This document shows positions 23,778 to 37,117 of a DNA stretch of 64,000 bases, in pieces. Both the position numbers and the translations under genes were made by a program. The stretch's first letter is position 1; every line of letters begins with the position of its first letter. The stretch covers positions 179,864,001 to 179,928,000 of the forward strand of contig NC_086097.1 in NCBI RefSeq assembly GCF_963921235.1, read 5' to 3'. This DNA is from Mobula hypostoma. Its lineage: Eukaryota. The notes under the pieces were generated by a model. That model had not been told where the DNA came from. It did no database searches and was given only the letters and a program-made list of their open reading frames with translations.

Positions 23778-26388
23778 CAGCATCTATGGAAAGTATTCAC
23801 CACCACCACCCCGGAAGTTTTCATGTTTTGCTTTAAACACTGAATCACAGCGGATTTAATTTGGCTTTTTTTGACCCTGATCAAAAGAAAAAGACTCTTT
23901 TGTGTCAAAGTGAAAACAGATCTCTACAAAGTGATCTAAATTAATTACAAATATAAAATACTTAAGTATTCTCTCCTTTTAATACAACACACCAAATCAT
24001 CGCTGGTGCAGCCAATTCGTTTTAGAAATCACATAATCAGTTAAATGGAGATCACCTGTCTGCAGTCAAGGTGTTTCAATTGATTGCAGTAAAAATACAC
24101 ATGAATCTGGAAGGTCCAATTGCTGATGAGTCAATATCCTGCCAAAAACTACACTATGAAGACAAAAGAACACTCCGAGCAACTCCATGAAAAGGTTATT
24201 GAAAAGCACAAGTCGAGTCAGGAGAAAGATACAAGAAAATTTCCAAGTGACTGAATATCCTTTGGAGTACAGTTAAGTCAATCATCAAGAAATGGAAAGA
24301 ATGTGGCACAGCTGTAAATCTGCCCAAAGCAGGCCGTCCTCAAATAGTGAGTGATCGTGCAGGAAGGGGCCCTATTAAACCTCTGGCGGAGTTACAAGCT
24401 TCAGTGGCTGAGATGTGAGAGACTGCGCGTACAACAACTGTTGCCAGGGTGCTTCACCAGTTGCAGGTTTATGAGAGAGTGGCAAAGAGAAAGCCACTGT
24501 GGAATAAAAACTCACATGAAATCTCAACTTGCGTTTGCCAGAAGGCACATGGGAGATTCTGAAGTCAGCTGGAAGAACGTTCTATGATTTGATGAAACCA
24601 GAACTGAGCTTTTTGGCCATCAGACTAAATGCTATATTTGGCGTAAGCCAAACACTGCACATCATCAAAAACACACCATCCCTACCATGAAGAATAGTGG
24701 TGGCTGCATCATGTTGTGAGGATGCTTCACTGCAGCAGGCCCTGGAAGGCTTGTGAAGGTAGAGGGTAAAATGAATGCAGCAAAATACTGGAAAATCCTA
24801 GAGGAAAACTTGATGTAGTCTTCAAGAGAATTGTGACATGGGAGAGATTTGTTTCCCAGCAAGACAATGACCCCAAGCATAAAGCCAAATCTACACAGGA
24901 ATGGCTTAAAAACAATAAAGTTAATGTCCTGGTGTGGCCAAGTCAGAGTCCACACCTCAATCTAACTGAGAATTTATAGCTGGACTTGAAAAGGGCTGTT
25001 CACTCACGATCTCCATATAATCTGACAGAGCTGGAGCAGTTTTGTCAAGAAGAATGGGGGAAGATTGCAGTGTCTAGATGTTCAAAGCTGATAGAGACCT
25101 ATCCACACAGACTCAAGGCTGTAACTGCTGCCAGAGGTGGATCTACTAAATACTGGCTTGAAGGGGATGAGTAATTGTGCAATCAATTATTTTGTTTAAT
25201 AATTGTAATAAATTTAGATCAATAAATTTTTTTCACTTTAACACGAAAGAGTCTTTTCTGTTGATAAGTATCTAAAAAGCCAAATCCCCTGTGATTCAAT
25301 GTTGGCTTGCCTGCAGAAGGCAGAGGGTGGTGGTGGAGGGAGTACATTCAGATTGAAGGATTGTGACTAGTGGTGTCCCACAAGGATCTGTTCTGGGTCC
25401 TGTACTTTTCGTGATTTTTATTAACGAGCTGGATGTGGGGGTAGAAGGGTGGGCTGGCAAGTCTGCAGACGACACAAAGGTTGGTGGTGTTGTGGATAAT
25501 GTAGAGGATTGTCAAAGATTGCAGAGAGACATTGACAGGATGCAGGAGTGGGCTGAGAAGTGGCAGATGGAGTTCAACCCGGAGAAGTGTGAAGTGTACA
25601 CTTTGGAAGGACAAACTCCAAGGCAGAGTACAAAGTAAATGGCAGGATACTTGATAGTGTGGAGGAGCAGAGGGATCTCGGGGTACATGTCCACAGATCC
25701 TTGAAAGTTAAGAAAGCTTATGGGATGTTAGCTTTCATAAGCCGAGGGATATAGTTTAAGAGTCATGATGTAATGATGCAGCTCTATAAAACTCTGGTTA
25801 GGCCACACTTGGAGTACTGTGTCCATTTCTGGTCACCTCACTACAGGAAGGATGTGGAAGCATTGGAAAGGGTACAGAGGAGATTTACCAGGATGCTGCC
25901 TGGTTTAGAAAGTATGCATTATGATCAGAGATTAAGGGAGCTAGGGCTTTACTCTTTGGAGACAAGGAGGACGAGAGGAGACATGATAGAGGTGTACAAG
26001 ATAGTAAGAGGAACAGATAGAGTGGATAGCCAGCGCCTCTTCCCCAGGGCACCACTGCTCAATACAAGAGGACATGGCTTTAAGGTAAGGGGTGGGAAGT
26101 TCAAGGGGGATACTAGAGGAAGGTTTTTTACTCAGAGAGTTGTTGGTGCGTGGAATGCACTGCCTGAGTCAGTGGTGGAGGCAGATACACTAGTGAAGTT
26201 TAAGAGACTACTAGACAGGTATATAGAGGAAGTTAAGGTGGGGGCTTATATGGGAGGCAGGGTTTGAGGGTCGGCACAACATTGTGGACTGAAGGGCCTG
26301 TACTGTGCTGTACTATTCTATGTTCTATGTGAAACAATAAAACACAAAAACTTCCAAGGGGGATGAATACTGTTTCTTAGGCACTATG
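23778..26388 (+). mobile_element. Tc1/mariner DNA transposon with long TIRs and a decayed transposase; right TIR split by a CR1 insertion
   Basis: TA|CAG..AAAGTATTCA left end and TGAATAC..GGCACT..TA right end. Transposase starts at ATG 24156 (MKTKEHS) with [11 protein letters not shown] and SQSP.LN..ENL motifs and multiple frameshifts, ending about 25158. Confidence 0.88.
25303..26330 (+). mobile_element. 5'-truncated CR1 LINE inserted into the Tc1 TIR
   Basis: TSGVPQGSVLGP, ADDTK, LVRPHLEYC, FFTQRVVGAWNALP; (TTCTATG)n tail. Confidence 0.88.
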
Positions 26389-27963
26389 TATAAGTATATA
26401 TATGTGTGTATATATACACATCCTGCAGATGCTGGAAATCTGAACTGAAGAAAGGAAATGCAGCCCAACACTCAGCGAGTCAGATGGCATATCGAGAGAG
26501 AGAAACTAGGTTTGCGTTTTTTCAAGTCAAAGATGCTTTACCAGAATTGGGGAAAAATAAACTGAACGTGCTTGAATCTTGGTTAATTATTTACATTTCA
26601 GCAATTCCACTTTGCTTTACATGCTACCCATGCAGATCATTTCATCACATCAGTGCATCGAGGTAGTACAGGGAAAATAGTGACAGAACACAGAATAAAG
26701 TGTTACAGTTATAGAGACAGTGCAGTGAAAGTAGATAATAAGGTGCAATGTCATAATGAGGTAGATTGTGAGGTCAAGAGTTCATATTATTTTACTAGAG
26801 GACAATTCAATAGTCATAACATCAGAATAGAAGCCATCCTTGAGCTTGCTGGTTCATATGTTCAGGCTTTTGTATCTTCTGCCCAATGGGAGGAGAAGAG
26901 AGAATGTCCAAGGTTGGTGAGGTCTTTGATTGTGTTAGCTGCCTTACGAAGGCAGTGAGAAGTGTGGACAGAGTCCATGGAGGAGAGGCTGGCTTCCATG
27001 TTGTACTGAGCTGCGCCCATAACCTTCTGCAGTTTCTGACTCTGATCCTGATATTAGTCAAGGCATTACAGATAACTCCTCTATGCTTCACTGATTCAGG
27101 GTTTGTGGCTTCTATCTGAGAAGCAGGCAGCGTCTTCGCTTAATATCTCATCAGGGAAATCAAGGAGGGGTGATAAATCCTGGCCTTGCAGGCAATAGCC
27201 AACCACTGAAAATGGATTTTAGAAATAACAAATTTTACAATTGTTTAAATCAAATTCATCCGAGAACTTGGTTGTTGAGAATGTGTCACGGTGGGTGAAC
27301 ATGGTGGAGGGGCAGGGAACATATTGTTGGAGTGAGCACAATCCTGCCTGATGGCCTGGTCTCCCTGGTACTTGGTTGGAGGTTGAGTCTTTCACAGCCC
27401 CGGGGAAAAAGACTGTGTGCATTCTCTCTATCTATGCCTCTCATGGTTTTGTACACTCTATGAGGCCACTTCTCAGCTTCCCACTCTCCAAGGAATAAAG
27501 TCCTAGCCTGCCTAACCTCTTCCTCCAACCTAGTACCTCAAGTTCCAGCAACATCCTCATAAATCTACTCTGCACTCTCTCCAGCTTACTGACATACTCC
27601 TAAAGCAAGGAGACCAAAACTGAACGCAACACTCCAAATGTGGCCTCACCAACGTCTTGTACAACTGCTGAAATATTTCAAATCATCTAAAGAAGTAAAA
27701 ATCTAGAATAATACCTGTAATTTCAAAACAGTCATAAACACTTAAACTACTTTAATTAAATTAAGTAACTTTACTTATACACCACATCTTGGGAATTTAG
27801 AACACAGAACATTGCAGAAGAGTATCAGGTCCTTTGGCACATCATGCTGTGTCAAACTGATGGTAAAATGGTACACAAGTCTTTCATTATACGTCAGTAA
27901 GTGAGACAATAAAAAAAATTTACAAGTTAGCACCTGTTATTGGTCATGGCTTTCATCACTCAC

Positions 27964-28069
27964 CTTGGCAACCAAAGTAGTTCTTCTCTTCTAAGTTGTA
28001 GTGTCCTTCCACGCACCAGTCACACAACTCCCCACACACGTTGGATTTACAGTAACATCTGCCATCACC
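27964..28069 (-). CDS. LAMA3: LE exon (106 nt, phase 0-1): GDGRCYCKSNVCGELCDWCVEGHYNLEEKNYFGCQ
   Basis: tgtttcag acceptor, gtgagt donor; NYFGC motif of alpha3/alpha5. Confidence 0.93.
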
Positions 28070-28145
28070 CTGAAACATTAATATCATGGTTTCAATGTGA
28101 GACAGGGCCCCACCCCATGCACAGACACCCCTCCAGCAAACTCAC

Positions 28146-28198
28146 CTGGTGGCACTCTGCGATCCCACTAACTGCACCGCTCACCACACAGCCACATT
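28146..28198 (-). CDS. LAMA3: LE exon (53 nt, phase 1-0): ECGCVVSGAVSGIAECHQ
   Basis: ccttcttgttgcag acceptor, gtgagt donor; a 76-nt intron follows. Confidence 0.9.
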
Positions 28199-30200
28199 CT
28201 GCAACAAGAAGGAAAAGGACAACTGGATTAGGATCATCACTGATCCACTCCTATACATGAAATAAGACAGAAGCTGCTTGGCCCATCGAGTCCATACCCA
28301 AATTCTCCCCATAGTGATTGAATCTATTCCAACTTCCTGACATGGAGGTGGATCTGCACCCGCACCATTTCAATGCAAAAGATCATTATATCCCACTTGC
28401 CATTACATTCTGTTTGGGAAGCAGGCTCCTGATTCACGTCTTCATGTGTCCTTGTCTGTATCCTGCTGAAGATTCTCTGCATACTCCTCATAACCCACAT
28501 CACCTGTCAGCTTTGTACAGCAGCAAGCTTGAATACAGTATGTTACAATTGGTTCCCTCATCTGAACCACTGATATAAAATGCTGAACAGTTATACAGAC
28601 CTCTGTAGCTTCTCACTTGTCACATAGCCCCAACATGGAAATGACCCATTTATCCCTGCCCTCTTTTCTATCCGCTAATCAGTTTCCAGTCCATATCAGG
28701 ATTTAACCCACAGTACTGTGCATTCTAATCTTCTGTGACATCTAGTCAAAGACCCACTTAATCTCCAAACACATCAACAACGTCCCACATGGTAGACTGG
28801 TCCGGTAGGTGAGACCACAAGGGATCCACAATGAGCTAATCAGATGGATACAAAATTGGCTTGGTGGCTGGTGCAGAGGGTGGTAGTGGGGGGTTGTTTT
28901 TCAGATTGGAAATCTGTGACTTGTGGTGTGCTGCAGAGAATGGTGTTGGACCCACTGTTGTTTGTTACATAGATGAACAATTTGTAGGTGACATGATTAG
29001 TAAGTGTGCAGATGACACCAAAGTTGGTGGTGTGGTGGACAAATGTCTAAGGCCACAGCAGGATCCAGATCAACTGGGAATGAACACAAAGGTATGGCAT
29101 TTGGAAGTTAACTCAGACAAGTGTGGAGGGTTCATTTTGGGAAGTTAAACCAGGGAAGGGCATACACAGTGGATGAGGGTTCCCTGGGGAGTTTTCTACA
29201 GGAGAGAGACCAGCTGCATAATTGTCTGGTTTGGGAATTGCAAGCCACCTGACTGAAAGACCCTACAAAGGATTGCAAGGACTGCTGAGAGGATCATCGG
29301 GGTCTCTCTTCCACACATCGTGGACATTTATCAGGAGCACTGTGTACACAGGGCCCTTAGCATCGTCACAGATCCCTTCCAGCCATGCCACAATCTCTTT
29401 GCCCCCCTACCACCAGGCAGGAGGTACGGCAGCATTAGGGCAAGAGCTGTTAGGATGGGATACAGCTTGATACCCCAGGCCAGGAGACAACCACCCAGGT
29501 CTCATCACTTAAGAAGCACCAGTTTACTTTTACTTTTTGACTTGTGTCATAAATGCACCTATGCTAAATATCAATCTTGTGGAATATATTTTATTACCTG
29601 TTAATTTATTTGTGGTAATATTACTTTCTGTGTTGTGTGTGAGTTATATGTACTATGTTGTGAACTTTGGACCTTAGGAACATTGTTTTATTTGACTGTA
29701 TACATGTATAGCACATGTTAAACCTGACCTTGAACTTGAACTTAGGGGTACACGTACATACTTCCCAGAAAGTGTCGACACAGGTAGACAAGTGGTGACG
29801 AAGGTATATGGCATGTTTGTGTGAATCGGCCAACGCAAGAGTTGGGATGTTATGTTACAGCTGTACAAACCATTCTTGGAGTATTGTATGCAGTTCTGAT
29901 TACCATACTATGGGAAGAATTTGATTAAACTGGAAAGAGGGCATGAAAAGTTCACAAGGATGGAGGGCTTGAGTTACAAGGAGAATCAATAGGCTAGGAC
30001 TACTGTCTGGAGGGAAGGAGGCTGAGGGATTATTTTACAGAGGTTTATAAACTAATGAAGGGCATAAAAATAGTGGATGGTCAGTCTTTTCCCCAGGCTA
30101 GGGAAGTGTTAAACCAGAAGCATAGGTTTAAGGCGAAAGGGGAAAGATTTAAAGGGGACCTGAGGGAAGGATTTTAAACACAGCTGGTGGTGGATATATG

Positions 30201-31906
30201 TGGCCCCTGCCCATCCCCCACACGAGCCATCTGTTGTCAGCCCCCAACCAACACATATTCCATTCTCCCCTCCTACCCCTCCTCACACTCCCCCACCCTG
30301 CTCTCATGACTATACCCCTTCCCCACACAAAACCACCACGGTGGGCTTCACAGCTCTACAGGTGAGAAGACAGCTGAAACGTCTCAACCTGAGCAAAGCT
30401 GCAGGACCGGATGGTGTCAGTACCAGGGTGCTCAAAGCCTGTGCCCCTCAGCTATGTGGAGTACTTCGCCATGTATTCAACCTGAGCCTGAGGCTCTGGA
30501 GAGTTCCTGTACTGTGGAAGATGTCCTGCCTCGTCCCTGTGCCGAAGACGCCGCGCCCCAGCGGCCTCAATGACTACAGACCGGTGGCATTGACCTCCCA
30601 CATCATGAAGACCCTGGAGAGACTTGTTCTGGAGTTGCTCCGGCCTATGGTCAGGCCACACTTAGATCCCCTCCAGTTCGCCAACCAGCCCCGACTAGGA
30701 GTTGAGGATGCCATCGTCTACCTGCTGAACCATGTCTACGCCCACCTGGACAAGCCAGCGAGCACTGTGAGGGTCATGTTTTTTGACTTCTCCAGTGCGT
30801 TCAACACCATCCGCCCTGCTCTGCTGGGGGAGAAGCTGACAGCGATGCAGGTGGATGCTTTCCTGGTGTCATGGATTCTTGATTACCTGACTGGCAGACC
30901 ACAGTACATGAGCTTGCAACACTGTGTGCCCGACAGAGTGATCAGCAACACTGGGGCTCCACAGGGGACTGTCTTGTCTCCCTTTCTCTTCACCATTTAC
31001 ACCTCGGACTTCAACTATTGCACAGAGTCTTGTCATCTTCAGAAGTTTTCTGATGACTCTGCCATAGTTGGATGCATCAGCAAGGGAGATGAGGCTGAGT
31101 ACAGGGCTACGGTAGGAAACTTTGTCACATGGTGTGAGCAGAATTATCTGCAGTTTAATGTAAAAAAGACTAAGGAGTTGGTGGTTGACCTGAGGAGAGC
31201 TAAGGTACCGGTGACCTCTGTTTCCATGCAGCGGGTCAGTGTGGACATGGCGAAGGATTACAAATACCTGGGGATACGAATTGACAATAAACTGGACTGG
31301 TCAAAGAATACTGAGGCTGTCTACAAGAAGGGTCAGAGCTGTCTCTATTTCCTGAGGAGACTGAGGTCCTTTAACATCTGCTGGACGACGCTGAGGATGT
31401 TCTACGAGTCTGTGGTGGCCAATGCTATCATGTTTGCTGTTGTGTGCTGGGGCAGCAGGCTGAGAGTGGCAGACACTAACAGAATCAACAAACTCATTCG
31501 TAAGGCCAGTGATGTTGTGGGGATGGAACTGGACTCTCTCATGGTGGTGTCTGAAAAGAGGATGCTGTCTAAGTTGCATGCCATCTTGGTCAATGTCTCC
31601 CATCCACTACATAATGTACTGGGTGGGCACAGGAGTACATTCAGCCAGAGACTCATTCCACTGAGATGCAGAACTGAGCGTCATAGGAAGTCATTCCTGC
31701 CTGTGGCCATCAAACTTTACAACTCCTCCTTGGAGGGTCAGACATTCTGAGCCAATAGGCTGGTCCTGGACTTATTTCCTGGCATAATTTACATATTACT
31801 ATTTAACTATTTATGGTTCTATTACTATTTATTATTTATGGTGCAACTGTAATGAAAACCAATTTCCCCCGGGATCGATAAAGTATGACTATGACTATGA
31901 CTATGA
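30201..31906 (+). mobile_element. Young 5'-truncated Rex1/Babar LINE with an uninterrupted RT ORF (30200-31750), nested in a CR1 3' end
   Basis: 516-aa ORF with KAAGPDG, YRPVALT, FFDFSSAFNT, GAPQGTVLSP, KFSDD, YKYLG; (ACTATG)n tail; no endonuclease domain. Confidence 0.9.
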
Positions 31907-32616
31907 ACGTACTGCCAGATGAATTGGTAGAGGTGGACACAATTACAATGTTTTAAAAAAAACATTAAATAGGAAAGGGACATGGGCCAATTGTAGGCAA
32001 ATAGCACTCGCTCAGGAAAACACATTAGTCAACATGGATGACATCATAGCATATAACTCAATTATTCTGCTTCACTATTATCTGTTCTTCTGGTTACAAT
32101 CCTAAAACCGAAAGAGAATCATCATACATAATCACCCTTTCATAAATCCACGTGGACTCTGCCTAATACTTTTACAATTATATCATTGCTCTGGTTGGGT
32201 ATTTGTCAAGAAAGAAGCGGAGAGCTTTAAGACCTTCTTAATAGGGGAATAGAAGTGAAAAGGACCTGGATATCCATGGTACATGGTTAAAATTAGATGG
32301 TCAAGGCCAGGAGATTGAAAGTTGTTGAGGAGATCGAGAGCTTATGAATTGTCGTGGATGTAGGTGGGAAGGGATTGAACCAAAGGGGATAGATAGCAAT
32401 CAAAGTACCAGTTATTCACAAGATTATTATCGTGATGGATTTCATGAGACCCATTAAAAGCCAGTGGTTCAGTTTTATCACCATTTACAAATTAAAGGAA
32501 TTAATACAACAGAGTATATCATGCCTGGTTTTGGTGACACTAAGGTATCACAGATTAGCAGAACCATTGCCTGAACAGTCTACAGTACCTGAGTGGAAAG
32601 GAGAGGGGTAACTTAC

Positions 32617-32716
32617 CAACACAGTTATCAGGACCACCTTCACCTGGCTTCCAGTAGAGTGCTTTACACCTCTCACACTTTGTGTCCCCGAAATTTGGTA
32701 AGCATTGGCAGGAAGC
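32617..32716 (-). CDS. LAMA3: LE exon (100 nt, phase 0-1): ASCQCLPNFGDTKCERCKALYWKPGEGGPDNCV
   Basis: gttaaacag acceptor, gtaagt donor; CxC..C..CK.LYW motif. Confidence 0.92.
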
Positions 32717-34603
32717 CTGTTTAACAGCAAATTTGTCCAAGTATAAATGGTGTTCACACAAAATGGATTTTGCTTTTTGAAAGCCAGTTTTCTTTGGCTT
32801 AGTTTTAAATAACTCTTTTATACTTAAGTTGATGTTGTTCTTTACATGTTGGGAAAGTGGCTTTATGCTGTAGTTGACACAGTCTAACAGAATGTACCCG
32901 TAACAGAATGCCTCCACTCCATGGAGTCTGTCTTTACTTCTTGCTGCCAACATAAACAAAGACCCCACCTGCCCAGACATTCTCTCTTTTCCCCCTCCCA
33001 TCCAGTAGAAGATATACAAGGCTGAAAGCATGTACCACCAGGCTAGGATTTATCTCACTGTTATAAGAACAGTCCCCCGGTGTATTAAGATGGACTCTTG
33101 ACCTCACAATTTACCTCGCCATGGACTTGTATTTTATTGTCTGCCTGCACTGCACTTTCTCTTTAACTGTAACACTTCGTTCTGCGTTTTGTTGTTTTCC
33201 ATTTTACTAACTCAATGTGCTGTTATGATGAAAAGATCTGTATGGATGTCATGCAAAACAAAGCTTTTCCCTGAACCTTCGTACTTGTGACAAAAAAACA
33301 CGTCAGTTTACCATTTTAAGTTTAGAACATCAGTGTTAAGGGTGGGAATTGAACATTTTTCAGAAGGTTCTGCCATTTAACCCCTCCATGAGCCCTACCT
33401 TCATACAGCTGCTGGTAAGCAAAGATATAGTGTATCTCAGCTTTCCTCTCTCCACAGATGCTGCACGGCTTTTTGAGTACTTCCAGCCCTCTGATTTATT
33501 TCATATATTCAGCACACGACTGTTCCAACATATTGGATTTCCTTCTCTACCCTTTAGTTACACCACTCCAGGCACATTAACTATTGGACAACAGAAACTA
33601 AAATGTCACTTGGGCAACATGAGTCTTCACTGACCCCAGAGGCTTTCTCTGTTCTACCCACCCCTTCCACACTCTTCAGCAAAACACCTTTGTTTTCCCA
33701 CTTTTCCAGTTCTGATGAAGATTCTTTGACTGAAAGCATTAGTTTTAGAACGTAGAACAGCACACGAGCACGATATCTGTGCCAATCACAATGTCAATTT
33801 AAATGAATCCCATCTGCCTACTCATGATCCATATTTCTCCATGCCCTGCCTGTTCATGTGTCTATCTAAATGCCTCTTAATCCTATCTGCTTCCATCACC
33901 ATCCCTGGCAGTGCATTCCAGGCCCCCACTGCTCACTGTATTAAAAATTCGCTTCATAATCTCATTTAAACTTCCCCCCTCAAAATTACTATAGTATATG
34001 AACTCTCATACGTCTTTAACTTAGCTGAAGGCCATTCAGTCCATAGTGCTTTTGCTAACTCTCAGACCCTCACTGTGAGTCCCATCCCTCACCGATTTCC
34101 CTACAACTTATTCGTTTTGGTGGCAGGTATAACCCGCATAAACCAGGACCTTCAACAGGGGCTTGTTTGGGAGCTGGAGGGGTAATGATCTGCAGAGTTA
34201 CAGAGGACTGGTAAGGGATGGGGCTCCCTGACTAGGAGTCAATGTGGATTTGATGTGCTGAAGCGTCTTCCTCTGCATTATGACTTGCACTAGTATTTGC
34301 TCCTCGGCTGTGTTCATGAAGGATATTCCTAAGAGCATTTTCACTATTAATCCTCGGACAAGTTCCACTTACAATCATCAACACCACTGCTAGTGCTCAC
34401 TATTTCATCTTTACGCATTGATTCCCATCCAGCTGGATCTCAGCCATACCATAAATTGATGAACAGAAAGACCCTGGAGAGCCGTAACCACTGGCAACAC
34501 TCCAGGACTGGGAAGATTTTGTTTTGAAACGCAGTAACTAAAGTGGTGCCAAAGGATAGAGTAAAACCATGCCTGTGAAAGAAAAACCTCAAGGCGTACT
34601 TAC

Positions 34604-34656
34604 AGAAAGTGCCGCAGGAGAATGACTCGTTGTCCCAGGTGACCAGCAGTCAGTCA
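34604..34656 (-). CDS. LAMA3: Small exon, first part of a 6-Cys LE domain (53 nt, phase 1-0): VTDCWSPGTTSHSPAALS
   Basis: gtttctttcag acceptor, gtaagt donor; phases bridge the flanking exons exactly; C..PG motif at the expected position. Confidence 0.82.
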
Positions 34657-35898
34657 CTGAAAGAAACACCAGATATTAGGGGGAAAAAAATGTTTAGTAC
34701 CCTTGTTCAGACATCCAGCAAACTGTGTTGTAGCATAACCTCACAATCTTAGAGCCCTGGGAAGGACAGTCACCCTTTGAATCACCATCTGAACAAACAA
34801 AGGCTGCATTTCTCCTCGCATACCCACTTCATAAGAACATCAGCTCATTGTCCTATATAATCATGGCTGTCCTACCCTCGGGCTCTTCTCTTCTGTGCCA
34901 GTGCCTCACAACCCTCTAATCCCTTGATCTCTTAGTAATATACCTCTCTCCTCTTTAAATACCCCAATAGTCCAGTGTCCACAACATTCCAGGACTGAGA
35001 ATTCCAGATATTCAATCCCTTTGCAGAAAGGAATTTCCATGTACCTCAGATTTCACTAATCTTGTGACCACATTATCGTGTTTGAGACTCTTCCAAAACG
35101 GAAAACGTCCACCCCATCATGTCCAGAAGGATCTTAGGGTCATTGAGTTGTACAGCACAGAAACAGGCCATTCAGCCCAACACATCCTTGCTGACCAAGG
35201 TGCAAATCTCAGCTAAATCAGATTTGCCTGTGTTCGCCCCCTCTAAACCTTTTCTATCTCCATTCCTAAATAAATGTCCAATAAACATTGTAATTACACC
35301 TGCCTCTACCACATCCCCTGGCACCATGTTCCATATACCCACCACTCTGTGTGAAAATCCTCCCCCTCAGGTCCTTTTTAAACTTTACCCCTCTCATCTT
35401 AAACCCGAGCCTCCGGTTTTAGATCTCTCCACCCTGGGAAAGAGACTGCGACCATTCACCCCATCTGTACCTCTCGCTCCTCGCTCCTCAGCCTCATTTG
35501 CTTCAAGGAGAATGATCTCAGCCAGCTTCCTCATGGCTCAATACCTCCTGCCCTGCTAACATAATCAGGAATCTTGTACAGTTCAACAATATCATCATTC
35601 ATTCTTCTCATCTTTCTCAGCCCTTTCTGGCCCCACCAACAAAGACCCATCAAACTCAGATTTAACACTTCCAAGCAGTCCCATGAGTTACTTGGGGAGA
35701 GAGCAATGGATTTGCACTGTGAAGAGGGGTGCCTTTACATCACCAGCCATTGTCTTGGCTCATATTTTACTGTATTCATTCCTATCCCCGTTTCCCACAG
35801 AGCAAGTTTCCCTCCCTCAACACAAACCTCTGCTTCAATCAGCTCAGTGGTACTGCTCTCTCATTTACTACAGGTGCCAAGAGTCAGCGAGCAATGCA

Positions 35899-36453
35899 GC
35901 CCAATGGGTCCACACTATCCACAGTGCCCACTCAAATAGTCCCAATGAGTCTATGTATCCACAGTGCCCACCCAGCTAGTGCCAATGGGTCCATGCTATC
36001 CAGAGTACCCACCCAGCTAGTCCCAGTAAGTCCATGTATCCAGTGCCCACTCAGCCCAGAGTCCATTCTATCCACAGTGCCCATCCAGCTAGTCCCAATG
36101 AGTCCACACCATCCACAGTGCCCACCCACCTAGTGCCAGTGAGTCCATTCTATCCACAGTGCCCACTCAGCTAGTTCCAATGAGTCTATGCTATCCACAG
36201 TGTCCACCCAGCCCAATAAACCCGTGCAATCCACAGTGCCCACCCAGCTGGTCCCAATGAGTCCATACCATCAACAGTGCCCACCCTGCTAGTCCCAAGG
36301 GTCATGCGATCCACAGTGCCCAGCCAGCACAATGAGTCCATGCCATCCAGTGCCCACCCAGCTAGTGCCAATGAGTCCATGCCATCCACAGTGCCCACCC
36401 AGCTAGTCCCAATGAGTCCATGTATCCACAGTGCCCACTCAGCTGGTCCCAAT
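35899..36453. repeat. Minisatellite of about 37-38 bp (atccacagtgcccacccagctagtcccaatgagtccatgc), roughly 15 copies
   Basis: Directly visible tandem units. Confidence 0.9.
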
Positions 36454-36836
36454 GTCCAGTGTTCAGCTCATTTCCCTTAAAGTCTTGCCCCTCCATGTAC
36501 CTGTCCAAGTGCTTCTTAAGTAATACTATTTTACCTGGCTTAATCACTTCCTCCAGTAGCTCATTCCATGTACTCACCACCCTCTATGAAAAGGTTTGCC
36601 TCTTGAGTCTCTTTTAAATCTCTCCCTTCTCATCCTGAGTCAACGCCCCCTAGTTTTGGTCTTCCTTCTCCTCACCCATCTAGAACTGGGACATTTCTAC
36701 CACGGGAAGAAGATGGCTATCGCTGCCTCTCCTAATTTTACAAACTTCTATCCCGTCCCCCCTCAACCTCTGACACCCGAGAAAACAACCCAAGGCATCT
36801 CATTGTGGACAACAGCAATGAGAGAAGCTCTCTTAC

Positions 36837-36974
36837 CTTGACAACGGGGGAAGACGTTGGTGCTGGAGACACAGATACCACAACGCTGTCCCGTGAAGTG
36901 TGGTTGACATCTACACTGCCCAGTGGTCTGGTCACATGCAGAATCATAGGAACCTTCAGAAGAGCACTGGCAAG
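36837..36974 (-). CDS. LAMA3: LE-domain exon (138 nt, phase 1-1): PCQCSSEGSYDSACDQTTGQCRCQPHFTGQRCGICVSSTNVFPRCQ
   Basis: ctttcattgtttacag acceptor, gtaaga donor, 8-Cys LE pattern. Confidence 0.93.
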
Positions 36975-37117
36975 CTGTAAACAATGAAAGAATAGTTAGT
37001 GTGTTAACTGCAAAAGGAAACTAATCATTTTCACCTCAGGTTTCACAGTGAGGCACAGCCTCCGGTGGTATAAGCAACATATACAGTAATGAGTTGGAAG
37101 AACTTGTGAGAAGTGAA

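Noticed and set aside
30200..31750. 516-aa RT ORF as a host gene, retron or domesticated RT
   Set aside because: It has a LINE 3' tail, is 5'-truncated and interrupts a CR1, so it is an ordinary retrotransposon insertion.
35899..36453. 37-38 bp repeats as a CRISPR array, or the overlapping ORFs as genes
   Set aside because: The units are head-to-tail with no unique spacers in a eukaryotic intron; the ORFs are repeat artefacts.
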